Of a stretch of DNA of 64,000 nt, positions 10,801 through 20,921 are shown in pieces; the first letter of the stretch is position 1, and every line of letters starts with the position of its first letter. The notes under the pieces are model-generated. The model had not been told where the DNA came from, searched no databases, and saw nothing but the letters and a program-made list of their open reading frames with translations. Both the position numbers and the translations under genes were made by a program. The stretch lies in assembly GCF_041886205.1 (NCBI RefSeq), contig NZ_CP169029.1; one strand, 5' to 3'. The stretch comes from Escherichia coli. Lineage in GTDB: Bacteria > Pseudomonadota > Gammaproteobacteria > Enterobacterales > Enterobacteriaceae.

Positions 10801-11618
10801 TCATTTGCAAGTGAGAGATGCTTACGCAGGCGCATTTCAACCGAAGCGAAGCGTAACAGATAGCCAGGCTGCCTGTTATCCGGGGTAACCGTAATGAGAT
10901 GGGCATCATAATCCCAGTCGAAGCGGATGAATTGCAATGCAATGACAACCTCAGTGGCATATTCCAGACCACCTTCCTGGACAATTTGATCCATTAACTC
11001 TTCATGATCGTTACGATTGAAGCCTTGTTCCAGCGCAACCAGTACCGCCAGTACCATCGGAGGTAGCGTGGTGCTAATTGGCGAGTCGATAAGGCCTACT
11101 GCTTGTGTAATTGCCTGCTGCCAGTCGAGTGAACAGGTACTGTAATCGAAGGTGAGCACCTTTTTAAAACGCCGGTGAGTATTCGCGGCAACGGTGCGTA
11201 GCAGGGTTAATTCATCCTCCTGCTGCACCGGATCGCCAGGCCAGCGTCGATGACTGAGTGTGGTTGGCGCAATCTCTGTCGGTAACATGATTTGGGCACC
11301 GTCTGCCAGCCAGGGGAGGAGGTCACCAGCAAATGCTGGTTTGTCTTGTGGCAAAGGGGTAATTTCAGGGCATTCAATAACCTGGCCGGGTGCAAATGTC
11401 GCTGTCATCACGGATACTTCTTCTACGTAGCCCTTTTTTGTTTTCTCCGCAATCAGCTTCAGCTCCGCTTTTTCCGCCGCCGCAGCATCTGCAAAGCTTT
11501 TTACCTGACTTTGCCCGTTACTGCCGACTTTACCCCAGTTAATATGCAGCTCGTTTCCCTGCTGCTCCACCGCCCAGAATTTATGTGATTTTTCGTCCTG
11601 ATAAATATAGGTTTTCAT
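7860..11618 (-). CDS. molR: MolR-like giant protein (1252 aa), intact, with N-terminal WGR-like domain plus DUF4132-type body
   Basis: N-terminus MKTYIYQDEKSHKFWAVEQQGNELHINWGKVG carries a WGR-like motif. There is a 9-nt gap to yehI. To my recollection molR is a fragmented pseudogene in K-12 but is intact here. Confidence 0.85.
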   Translation of the reverse strand: MKTYIYQDEKSHKFWAVEQQGNELHINWGKVGSNGQSQVKSFADAAAAEKAELKLIAEKTKKGYVEEVSVMTATFAPGQVIECPEITPLPQDKPAFAGDLLPWLADGAQIMLPTEIAPTTLSHRRWPGDPVQQEDELTLLRTVAANTHRRFKKVLTFDYSTCSLDWQQAITQAVGLIDSPISTTLPPMVLAVLVALEQGFNRNDHEELMDQIVQEGGLEYATEVVIALQFIRFDWDYDAHLITVTPDNRQPGYLLRFASVEMRLRKHLSLANDDVWQRCADKLIAALGNMPTWHQPLVALLLPEKPEIAHEIARHLCGQKGLYALEWLKLTAADEQVLAELGKYYPGQPGQVFDDYYGGKIWCATILKEQGVAALARFAPYAAGDTCGEVLMHINHPQALTLLIHASEQGKRCHDRMTKAFVRFPHAALAALAELLAKKDEKRWRMMLMTMLISQPTLAERVISWLSAPAVTVLKSCQQQLTQPSVYANADMLPAVLVSPPWLAKKKKSTISVLDLAPLSLESFCTINETKSKTLQVQHNWQPHQQAEGEKAFLTSLGFNRWDWNKHRGYIDVPEIALDALQREDYSALIDAFKSYNSPYQGEWNLSSLHVLPINKAIEMWNILSKEPHTGATQVMLHLRLAGLTGFIHSASRYPQEALPVAQYFAAIELAPLIARAFNKLKTLRENARSWLLKYPEHALTGLLPAALGKAGEAQDNARAALRMLTENGHQPLLQEIARRYNQPEVTDAVNALLALDPLDNHPTKIPTLPAFYQPSLWTRPVLKANAQSLPDRALLHLGEMLRFPQEEVLYPGILQVKDACTADSLAEFAWDLFTAWQTAGAPSKESWAFTALGVLGNDDTARKLTPLIRAWPGESQHKRATVGLDILAAIGSDIALMQLNGIAQKLKFKALQERAKEKIADIAESRELTVAELEDRLAPDLGLDDNGSLLLDFGPRQFTVSFDETLKPFVRDASGSRLKDLPKPNKSDDESQANDAVNRYKLLKKDARTVAAQQVARLESAMCLRRRWSLENFQLFLVEHPLVRHLTRRLIWGVYSAENQLLACFRVAEDNSYSTADDDLFTLPEGDISIGTPHVLEISPTDAAAFGQLFADYELLPPFRQLDRNSYALTEAERNASELTRWAGRKCPSGRVMGLANKGWIKGEPQDGGWIGWMIKPLGRWSLIMEIDEGFAVGMSPAELSAEQLLSKLWLWEGKAESYGWGSNSTQEAQFSVLDAITASELINDIEALFE

Positions 11619-11630
11619 TGCTAAATCCTT

Positions 11631-14600
11631 TTAATCAAACAGTGATTCAATATCGTTAATCAGCTCGCTGGCGGTGATGTCGTCGAGCACGGAGAAGGGA
11701 TAAACCGATTTGCGCGGCGTCAGTTTGCACAACTGAATGTGCTCAATTTTTTGGCTATCGCTGATTTCGGTGACGGGCAATCCAACGCAGAAGCCTGGTG
11801 TCACACTCAGTTCGACGTAGCCATCATCCACAGATTTATAAAATGAGTAATAGCCGCCACCATCCAGCACATCGCCCCGTTGCCAGCCTTTATTCATCAG
11901 CCCGGCGACGCGCCCACTCGCTGCCTGGCGACCAGCCCAGCGCTGCAAATCGCTGCTGCTTTTTTCTGTCTCAGAGAGCTGAGACCAGGGGCGATCAAGT
12001 TGACTGAATGGTGGCAATAGTTCGTAGTCAGAGAACAGTTGTGCAAATTCAGCAGCCTGCGGGGCCGGGATTTCCAGTACATGCGGGATACCGATACTGC
12101 CCTGCGCAAGGGTTAACGGGTTATCCTGACCGTCGCTAAAACTGCCATCCTCCGCCACGCGGAAACAGGAAATAAGCTGATTATCAGCGTCATAAATGCC
12201 CCACATCAGACGTTGGGTGATATGACGAACCAGGGGATGCTCAACCAGAAACAGGCGGAACTGTTCTGCAGTCCAGCGGCGACGCTGACACATGGCGGCT
12301 TCCAGACGCGAAATCTGTTGTGCAGCTACCGTGCGGACATCTTTTTTCAACAACTTGTAGCGATTTACCGCTTCCTCAGCCAGCGTTTCATCATCGCTTT
12401 TGTTCGGTTTGGGCAGATCTTTCAGACGGTTGCCGGAAGCTTCGCGCACAAACGGTTTTAAGGATTCATCAAAGCTGACGGTGAACAGGCGTGGGCCGAA
12501 ATCCAGCAGTAGTGAGCCGTTATCATCCAGACCGAGATCGGGGGCTAACCGGTCTTCCATCTCTGCGACGGTGAGCTGGCGGCTTTCGGCAATCTGGGCG
12601 ATTTTAGTTCTAGCCTGATCCTGCAAGGCTTTAAATTTTAGCTTTTGCGCAATACCGTTAAGTTGCATCAGGGCGATATCGCTGCCGATAGCAGCAAGAA
12701 TATCCAGCCCGACAGTGGCGCGTTTATGCTGAGATTCCCCCGGCCATGCGCGGATGAGCGGGGTGAGTTTGCGGGCGGTGTCATCGTTACCCAGAATCCC
12801 CAGTGCGGTAAATGCCCAGTTATCTTTGGCTGACCCGCTTGCAATCTCCCAGCTCAAGAAGAGATCCCAGGCGAAATCGGCAAGAGACTGCGGGGTACAG
12901 GCCTCGATTACCTGTGTTATCCCCGGGTAAAGGGTGGCTTCGCGGGGAAAAGAGAGCATGGTGCACAGTTGCAGGATAGCTGAATCCGGAAGTGCCTTGC
13001 CGTTACTGCGCAGAAGCGGGCGGTGCCATACTTCAGGGGTACACCAGGCGGGGAGTTTAGCGATTTTCTGCGGAAAATTATCGAGGGGGTCGCTGTTAAG
13101 AACATCTAACAAACCCGTAAGCACTTCTGCCTGATTATAGCGGTGGGCAATTTCTTCCATTAACGGCTGATGCCCATGATGAGCCAGATAGCGAATTGCC
13201 GTAGCGGCGTCTTCACGCTCACTACCTGCTTTTCCCAGCACGGAAGGCAGCAGGCCCGTAATGGCATGTTCCGGATAGGTTAACAACCAACGTTCAGCAA
13301 CATCACGTACAGATTTAAGCTGACGAAAGGCGCGAGCCATTAAGGGGGCTACTTCGGTTGCGCCAAAACGTGCCGCTAAAGGAATGGCTTCCTGAGGTAC
13401 GACTAAGGCGCGACGCAGCAAGCCGGGCAATGTCGGAAGACCGTAATATTCCACTACTTCACATGCGTTAATCAGATGTAGGTGAGTCAGTGCGTTCCAT
13501 ATTTTCAGTGCTTTATTTTCTGATAACTGAAGCAATACCGACACATTGACAAGGATATGACTTGCCCACCGAGGTTTATCCCAGATCTTTAATAAAGCTT
13601 CGTAATTGTCCTGCTCGAAAAAATCAATGGCAGCCTGAGGTATACCCCAACCAAGCTCTTCGCAATGGAAGTTCAACAAATCCAGGATATCTTTCGCTGA
13701 TGGGGATGGCGCAGATGGCTCAGTCAGATTTTTTGTTGCGGGGATAGATTCAGGGGGGGAAGAGGTAATACCCGGAGAGTGAGGTTGATACCAGCAATCT
13801 TTTTCTTTTTTTCCAACCATGAAGGGGCGATCAATATACTGGGTAATTCATTCTTATGAGCAATTTTTTCGATGGACATAAGCTGAGGAAAATAACTAAA
13901 TAAAATTTGTTGCTGTTTTTCGTCAAGCCAGGGAAGCGTTTTATGTAAGGCTTGCGCATTACCCAAGATGATGCGCTGCAGTAAACGATAATAGTGAGAG
14001 TTATTTGTGTAATTTAAGGCTTTTGTTAATGCATAAAGTGCAGCTTCAGGATGTAAATTTGTTGCGTGTTCCACTTCACTGATACATTCTTCTTTTATTA
14101 ATATATTAATGGCGTCAGGATGATTAACTTGTGTAATTAGATTTTTAACTGAATAACTATCCTTTATCCATGGCTGAAGAAGTGGAAGAGCTTTTACCCC
14201 TCGTTCACGCAGTAATGTCGCAGTGCATTTTTCCGCCGTCTGCCAGTCGTTATAGCGCTTAAGTTGGTTAAGATTCATCAATTCATTGAGTGCCTGCGGA
14301 TCTGTGGCAACGATATCCAACCATTCCATTTCTGGGTAATTAGCACATTGCACTAAGTCAAAGACAATTTGATTAGCAATTTCAGGTTGTTCAGGCAAAA
14401 GAAAACCTATTAAAGGGCGTTTACGTGGAGACAGGGAAGGCAACGCTTGAGTAAGCTTTTTCATGCACCGTTGCCATGTTTTTTCATCAATACGCGAGAG
14501 ATGATTTCGCAAGTGAAAATCTACAGTGCTGAAGCCGAATTCAAAACGTTGTTCTGATATTGTGTTACTTAGAATAAGCGTTGGTACGCAATTTTTTGTA

Positions 14601-15370
14601 AAAAAATTGTATCCCATGCGAACATACAAAAGGCATTTATCTAAAGCTTCACAATTTCCCGGATCTTGATTTTGATCATCTGATATCTGAATTTGCTGTA
14701 ATAGCAAGACTAATTCGGTCGCGTATTCTACCCCATGCTGTTGCGCCAGATAATCAAAAAGATCATTAGCGCTATCGCTATCTTGCATAAGAAACTTGAC
14801 CAGCAAAAAGAATGCATTGGAGAAAATCGAACCGTCTATATTTTTCTGCTGAACGCGCATGATTGCTTCATCCCGGCCTCGTTGCCATTCCGGGCGGCAG
14901 TCACTCACATCAAAATGCTGTAATTGTGCAAGAAAATAGTATTCCTCATATTTGTTTTCCCATAAGAGTGACCATAACGAGATATCTTTAGCAAACGTCC
15001 TGACACTGTCGGCTGGGAATTTCCTACTGCTAAATACTCTCTTTGTTTCGAGAATGATTGGTTCAAGGTCCGCAATCCACGGTGGTGTGTCGACATCAGT
15101 AATAATTGGATGTTGTTCGCTATCATCAGCTGTGGTGGGAACAGTTATCAGCATGTTTATATCGTCAGTCGATTTTACATACCCCTTCTTCACCTTCTCC
15201 GCAATCAACTTCAGCTCCGCTTTTTCCGCCGTTGCAGCATCCGCAAAACTTTTTACCTGGCTTTGCCCTTGGGTGCCAACTTTTCCCCAACTGATATGCA
15301 ACTCGTTTCCCTGTTGCTCCACCGCCCAGAATTTATGTGATTTTTCGTCCTGATAGATAAAGCGTCTCAT
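11631..15370 (-). pseudogene. Second MolR paralog (WGR + DUF4132), split into 548-aa and 729-aa ORFs by a frameshift
   Basis: ORF 13724..15370 starts MRRFIYQDEKSHKFWAVEQQGNELHISWGKVG. ORF 11631..13820 continues colinear with molR. The two frames overlap at 13724..13820, which contains a G7 tract (13753..13759) and a T6 tract (13729..13734). Confidence 0.8.
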
Positions 15371-15469
15371 TCTGCATCCCTGTAATTTTATCCAGTTGAA
15401 TGCAGATGCTACCAGTATTTATGCGGGTTAGAGAGAGACAAAATCGCAAGAAAACAACTTTAGGAATTT

Positions 15470-15502
15470 ATAAAGAAAAGGCGCTGTCGATGCAGCGCCT
15501 TG
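15470..15502 (-). terminator. Rho-independent terminator of metG
   Basis: Minus-strand hairpin aaggcgctg/cagcgcctt followed by a T-rich run, just past the metG stop. Confidence 0.6.
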
Positions 15503-15510
15503 AAGGGGGA

Positions 15511-17544
15511 TTATTTCACCTGATGACCCGGTTTAGCACCGGCATCCGGGCTTAGCAGGAAGATATCTTTCCCGCCAGGACCAGCAGCCATTACCATGCC
15601 TTCGGAGATACCAAAGCGCATTTTACGCGGCGCCAGGTTAGCCACCATAATGGTGTGACGACCAATCAGAGCCTGCGGATCCGGGTAAGCAGAACGAATG
15701 CCGGAGAAAACATTACGTTTTTCACCGCCGAGATCCAGTGTCAGTCGCAGCAGTTTGTCAGAACCTTCAACAAACTCTGCATTTTCAATCAGCGCCACGC
15801 GCAGGTCAACTTTAGCGAAGTCGTCAAAGGTGATGGTTTCCTGAATCGGATCGTCTGCCAGCGGGCCAGTAACTGTCGCGGCAGCTGCTTTCACTTCTTC
15901 TTTAGAGGCTTCCACCAGTGCTTCAACCTGCTTCATATCGATGCGGTTATACAGCGCCTTGAACGGATTCACTTTGTGGCCCAGCAGCGGTTGCTGGATA
16001 CCATCCCAGGTCAGTTCCGTATTGAGGAATGCTTCTGCACGCTCGGTCAGTTTCGGCAGTACCGGCTTCAGGTAAGTCATCAGCACGCGGAACAGGTTTA
16101 TGCCCATTGAGCAAATTGCCTGCAGGTCGGCATCGCGGCCTTCCTGTTTCGCCACAACCCACGGAGCCTGTTCATCGACATAGCGGTTAGCCAGATCAGC
16201 CAGCGCCATGATTTCGCGCACGGCTTTACCAAATTCGCGGCTTTCCCACGCTTCACCAATCACTTCAGCGGCATCAGTGAAGGTTTTGTACAACTGCGGG
16301 TCAGCCAGTTCGCTTGCCAGCACACCGTCAAAACGCTTGTTGATAAAGCCCGCATTACGAGAGGCCAGGTTAACCACTTTGTTAACGATATCGGCATTCA
16401 CGCGCTGAACGAAATCTTCCAGGTTGAGATCGATATCATCAATGCGCGAAGAGAGTTTCGCAGTGTAGTAGTAACGCAGGCTGTCAGCGTCAAAATGATT
16501 CAGCCAGGTGCTGGCTTTAATAAAGGTACCGCGAGACTTAGACATCTTCGCGCCGTTCACCGTCACATAGCCATGAACAAACAGGTTGGTCGGCTTGCGG
16601 AAGTTGCTGCCTTCCAGCATTGCTGGCCAGAACAGACTGTGGAAGTAAACAATATCTTTACCGATGAAGTGGTACAGCTCGGCGGTGGAGTCTTTCTTCC
16701 AGTATTCATCGAAGCTTACGCTGTCGCCGCGCTTGTCGCACAGATTCTTGAAAGAACCCATATAGCCAATCGGCGCATCTAGCCAGACGTAGAAATATTT
16801 ACCCGGCGCGTTCGGAATTTCAAAACCGAAGTACGGCGCGTCGCGGGAGATATCCCACTGTTGCAGGCCGGATTCAAACCACTCCTGCATTTTATTTGCC
16901 ACCTGCTCCTGCAACGCACCGCTGCGGGTCCATGCCTGCAACATTTCGCTGAAAGAGGGCAGATCAAAGAAGAAGTGTTCAGAATCACGCATTACCGGCG
17001 TAGCGCCAGAAACCACCGATTTCGGCTCGATCAATTCAGTCGGGCTGTAGGTCGCGCCGCAAACTTCGCAGTTATCGCCGTATTGATCCGGGGATTTACA
17101 TTTCGGGCAGGTGCCTTTCACAAAACGGTCCGGCAGGAACATGCCTTTTTCCGGATCGTACAGCTGAGAGATGGTGCGGTTTTTAATAAAACCGTTTTCT
17201 TTCAAGCGAGTATAGATAAGCTCAGACAACTGGCGGTTCTCTTCGCTGTGCGTCGAGTGATAGTTGTCATAGCTGATGTTAAAGCCTGCGAAATCAGTCT
17301 GATGCTCCTGACTCATTTCGCCAATCATCTGCTCCGGGGTGATACCAAGCTGCTGAGCTTTCAGCATGATTGGCGTACCGTGGGCATCGTCGGCGCAGAT
17401 GAAGTTGACCTCGTGGCCGCGCATTCGCTGGTAACGGACCCAGACATCAGCCTGGATGTGCTCCAGCATATGGCCGAGGTGGATTGAGCCGTTAGCGTAC
17501 GGCAGTGCGCACGTCACCAGAATTTTCTTCGCGACTTGAGTCAT
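15511..17544 (-). CDS. metG: Methionyl-tRNA synthetase
   Basis: Start [26 protein letters not shown] carries the class I HIGH motif, and KMSKS is present; about 677 aa. Confidence 0.97.
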   Translation of the reverse strand: MTQVAKKILVTCALPYANGSIHLGHMLEHIQADVWVRYQRMRGHEVNFICADDAHGTPIMLKAQQLGITPEQMIGEMSQEHQTDFAGFNISYDNYHSTHSEENRQLSELIYTRLKENGFIKNRTISQLYDPEKGMFLPDRFVKGTCPKCKSPDQYGDNCEVCGATYSPTELIEPKSVVSGATPVMRDSEHFFFDLPSFSEMLQAWTRSGALQEQVANKMQEWFESGLQQWDISRDAPYFGFEIPNAPGKYFYVWLDAPIGYMGSFKNLCDKRGDSVSFDEYWKKDSTAELYHFIGKDIVYFHSLFWPAMLEGSNFRKPTNLFVHGYVTVNGAKMSKSRGTFIKASTWLNHFDADSLRYYYTAKLSSRIDDIDLNLEDFVQRVNADIVNKVVNLASRNAGFINKRFDGVLASELADPQLYKTFTDAAEVIGEAWESREFGKAVREIMALADLANRYVDEQAPWVVAKQEGRDADLQAICSMGINLFRVLMTYLKPVLPKLTERAEAFLNTELTWDGIQQPLLGHKVNPFKALYNRIDMKQVEALVEASKEEVKAAAATVTGPLADDPIQETITFDDFAKVDLRVALIENAEFVEGSDKLLRLTLDLGGEKRNVFSGIRSAYPDPQALIGRHTIMVANLAPRKMRFGISEGMVMAAGPGGKDIFLLSPDAGAKPGHQVK

Positions 17545-17675
17545 AGTAGGCATTACTTCTTAATAGTGAAAAGGGGTTAGATAGTACCAAATGGGAAAAT
17601 GTTAAGTAAGTACTTCTCTATATTCTTCAGGTAAACTATCAGCTGATGGTTTATCTATACAAAAAAGGAGTCGGG

Positions 17676-18785
17676 ATGAACGAACAATCCCAGGCCAAAT
17701 CACCAGAAGCCTTGCGCGCAATGGTCGCCGGGACACTGGCCAATTTTCAGCACCCAACCCTGAAGCATAACCTCACCACGCTGAAAGCGTTGCACCATGT
17801 CGCCTGGATGGACGACACGTTGCATGTGGAACTGGTTATGCCATTCGTCTGGCATAGCGCGTTTGAAGAGTTAAAAGAGCAATGTAGCGCCGAACTGCTG
17901 CGTATCACCGGGGCGAAAGCTATCGACTGGAAACTGTCGCACAATATCGCCACCTTAAAACGCGTGAAGAATCAGCCGGGTATTAATGGCGTGAAGAACA
18001 TCATTGCGGTCAGTTCCGGTAAAGGCGGCGTGGGTAAATCCTCCACGGCGGTAAACCTGGCGCTGGCACTGGCGGCGGAAGGGGCGAAAGTCGGCATTCT
18101 GGACGCCGATATCTACGGCCCATCAATTCCCACCATGCTGGGCGCAGAAAATCAGCGTCCAACTTCGCCGGACGGTACCCATATGGCACCGATTATGTCT
18201 CATGGCCTGGCAACCAATTCAATTGGTTATCTGGTCACTGACGACAATGCGATGGTGTGGCGTGGACCGATGGCGAGCAAGGCGTTAATGCAGATGTTGC
18301 AGGAAACCTTGTGGCCGGATCTGGACTATCTGGTACTCGACATGCCGCCAGGAACCGGTGACATTCAGCTGACGCTGGCGCAGAACATTCCGGTGACTGG
18401 TGCGGTAGTGGTCACCACCCCGCAGGACATCGCGCTGATCGATGCGAAAAAAGGCATTGTGATGTTCGAGAAAGTCGAAGTTCCGGTGCTCGGTATTGTC
18501 GAGAACATGAGTGTGCATATTTGCAGTAACTGTGGTCACCATGAACCGATTTTCGGTACCGGTGGTGCAGAGAAACTGGCTGAAAAATACCACACACAGC
18601 TGCTGGGGCAGATGCCGTTACACATCTCCTTACGTGAGGATCTCGATAAAGGCACGCCAACGGTTATCAGCCGTCCGGAGAGCGAATTTACCGCTATCTA
18701 TCGCCAGCTGGCTGACCGCGTTGCAGCTCAGCTCTACTGGCAGGGTGAAGTCATTCCCGGCGAGATTTCCTTCCGCGCGGTCTAA
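17676..18785 (+). CDS. apbC: Fe-S cluster carrier ATPase Mrp/ApbC
   Basis: Start MNEQSQAKSPEAL; P-loop SSGKGGVGKSS; CxxC motif (CSNCGHH). Confidence 0.95.
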   Translation: MNEQSQAKSPEALRAMVAGTLANFQHPTLKHNLTTLKALHHVAWMDDTLHVELVMPFVWHSAFEELKEQCSAELLRITGAKAIDWKLSHNIATLKRVKNQPGINGVKNIIAVSSGKGGVGKSSTAVNLALALAAEGAKVGILDADIYGPSIPTMLGAENQRPTSPDGTHMAPIMSHGLATNSIGYLVTDDNAMVWRGPMASKALMQMLQETLWPDLDYLVLDMPPGTGDIQLTLAQNIPVTGAVVVTTPQDIALIDAKKGIVMFEKVEVPVLGIVENMSVHICSNCGHHEPIFGTGGAEKLAEKYHTQLLGQMPLHISLREDLDKGTPTVISRPESEFTAIYRQLADRVAAQLYWQGEVIPGEISFRAV

Positions 18786-18814
18786 CGCCTATTAACCATT
18801 CTGGTTATTTTTCA

Positions 18815-18856
18815 TACACCGCAGAGATGTTACATTGATGCGGTGTATTTGTTTTT
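18815..18856 (+). terminator. Rho-independent terminator after apbC
   Basis: Hairpin acaccgca...tgcggtgt followed by tttgttttt. Confidence 0.55.
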
Positions 18857-19047
18857 GCCGCATTAATGAACACTTATTTAATACTGCGAATATTCTGCGG
18901 ACCTTCGTCCGAAACTCTACAAAGTCGATTGATCGTACAGGCAATGCTTCATTATCATCCTTCGTGGCTGTGTAGTGGATGTACAGCTATAGTTTGTTAT
19001 GCACTCATTCTATCCAGGCATAACCTTTACTACAGGGATAACGTTCA

Positions 19048-19329
19048 ATGAATAAGTATTGGCTGTCAGGAATTATTTTTCTTGCCTATGGATTGGCTTC
19101 TCCCGCATTCTCTTCACAGACTGCCACATTATCGATTAATGGCAGGATCAGTCCCCTAACATGCAGTATGACTATGGTTAATAGTCAACCTCAACAGCAT
19201 TGTGGTCAGTTAACGTATAATGTCGATACCCGTCATCAGGTTTCTTCGCCCGTCAAAGGTGTAAAGACAGAAGTGGTTGTTGCAGGTAGTGATAGCAAAC
19301 GTCGAATCGTGTTAAATCGATACGATTAA
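19048..19329 (+). CDS. yehE: YehE, small secreted protein (93 aa)
   Basis: ORF with a signal-peptide-like N-terminus, positioned before yehD. Confidence 0.8.
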   Translation: MNKYWLSGIIFLAYGLASPAFSSQTATLSINGRISPLTCSMTMVNSQPQQHCGQLTYNVDTRHQVSSPVKGVKTEVVVAGSDSKRRIVLNRYD

Positions 19330-19360
19330 TTTGGCAACCTGATTTTAATTGCATTTAGAA

Positions 19361-19399
19361 AGCCGAAATCATTTATATAAATGATTTCGGCTTTTTTTA
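19361..19399 (+). terminator. Rho-independent terminator after yehE
   Basis: Palindrome agccgaaatcatttatataaatgatttcggc followed by ttttttt. Confidence 0.7.
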
Positions 19400-19622
19400 T
19401 TGATATCAATAATACCATTTACATAAATCTACATTAATTAATAGATGCGATAAATATTTAATACTCTTAAGTATTTGTTGTATTTATATTGCATTGGTTA
19501 ATTTGTTTTAAATCAATAAAACAATATGTTTACATTGCGGCAACTTTTTTGATGTGAGAAATTTGTTTCCAAGAGATACAGACTCTTAACAACCAAAAAT
19601 AAATTTTATTAAGGAACATATT

Positions 19623-20165
19623 ATGAAACGTTCAATTATTGCTGCCGCTGTCTTTTCTTCTTTTTTTATGAGCGCTGGAGTATTTGCTGCAGACGTTGAT
19701 ACCGGAACATTAACCATTAAAGGAAATATTGCAGAATCTCCGTGTAAATTCGAAGCGGGTGGTGATTCAGTAAGTATTAATATGCCGACTGTACCAACCA
19801 CTGTCTTTGAAGGTAAAGCTAAATATTCTACCTATGATGATGCAGTCGGTGTAACCAGCAGCATGTTAAAAATTAGCTGCCCGAAAGAAGTTGCTGGTGT
19901 AAAACTCTCGTTGATTACCAACGATAAAATAACTGGTAACGATAAGGCGATAGCCAGTAGCAACGATACCGTGGGGTACTATCTCTATTTAGGTGATAAC
20001 AGCGATATCCTGGATATTTCTGCACCTTTTAACATTGAGAGTTATAAAACAGCGGAAGGTCAATATGCTATTCCGTTTAAAGCAAAATACCTGAAACTGA
20101 CAGATAACTCAGTGCAATCAGGTGATGTGTTATCTTCTCTGGTTATGCGTGTGGCGCAGGATTAA
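19623..20165 (+). CDS. yehD: Fimbrial major subunit (chaperone-usher pathway)
   Basis: 180-aa ORF with signal peptide and fimbrin-like composition; first gene of the yehDCBA order. Confidence 0.9.
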   Translation: MKRSIIAAAVFSSFFMSAGVFAADVDTGTLTIKGNIAESPCKFEAGGDSVSINMPTVPTTVFEGKAKYSTYDDAVGVTSSMLKISCPKEVAGVKLSLITNDKITGNDKAIASSNDTVGYYLYLGDNSDILDISAPFNIESYKTAEGQYAIPFKAKYLKLTDNSVQSGDVLSSLVMRVAQD

Positions 20166-20246
20166 TAAATAAAAATTGCAAGTTTCTCCAGGTAATAAAC
20201 ATGGCCGCTATCCCCATGGCGGCTTTTTAATTTAAGAGGCATTAAG

Positions 20247-20921
20247 ATGAAAGGATTATTATCTTTACTCATTTTTTCTATGGTCCTTCCTGCGCATGCC
20301 GGAATTGTTATCTACGGGACGCGCATTATTTACCCGGCAGAAAATAAAGAAGTGATGGTGCAGTTGATGAACCAGGGAAACCGTTCTTCGCTGCTGCAGG
20401 CGTGGATTGATGATGGCGATACGTCGTTACCACCAGAAAAAATTCAGGTTCCTTTCATGTTAACGCCACCAGTGGCAAAAATAGGGGCAAATTCCGGGCA
20501 GCAAGTAAAAATCAAAATTATGCCGAATAAACTGCCCACTAATAAAGAAAGCATTTTTTATCTGAATGTTCTGGATATTCCACCAAATAGTCCAGAACAA
20601 GAAGGTAAGAATGCACTGAAGTTTGCGATGCAAAACAAAATCAAATTGTTTTACCGGCCGGCGGGTATTGCTCCGGTAAATAAAGCGACCTTTAAAAAGT
20701 TACTGGTAAATCGCAGTGGCAATGGATTGGTGATAAAAAATGACTCAGCTAATTGGGTGACGATTTCGGATGTCAAAGCTAATAATGTCAAAGTCAATTA
20801 TGAAACTATTATGATTGCCCCCTTAGAAAGTCAGAGTGTTAATGTCAGAAGTAATAATGCAAATAACTGGTATCTGACCATTATCGATGACCACGGTAAC
20901 TATATTAGTGACAAAATTTAA
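20247..20921 (+). CDS. yehC: Periplasmic fimbrial chaperone (PapD-like)
   Basis: Signal peptide followed by a chaperone-like N-terminal region (GIVIYGTRIIYPAENKEVMVQLMNQG). Confidence 0.9.
   Translation: MKGLLSLLIFSMVLPAHAGIVIYGTRIIYPAENKEVMVQLMNQGNRSSLLQAWIDDGDTSLPPEKIQVPFMLTPPVAKIGANSGQQVKIKIMPNKLPTNKESIFYLNVLDIPPNSPEQEGKNALKFAMQNKIKLFYRPAGIAPVNKATFKKLLVNRSGNGLVIKNDSANWVTISDVKANNVKVNYETIMIAPLESQSVNVRSNNANNWYLTIIDDHGNYISDKI

Noticed and set aside
13724-13820. Programmed ribosomal frameshifting as the explanation for the split molR paralog
   Set aside because: No slippery heptamer with a downstream structure could be identified by eye. A homopolymer indel (mutation or sequencing error) is the simpler explanation; it is kept as a finding but not asserted as programmed.
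16861-17487. 208-aa ORF on the + strand
   Set aside because: Antisense to metG, which is unambiguous; no RBS or recognisable domain.
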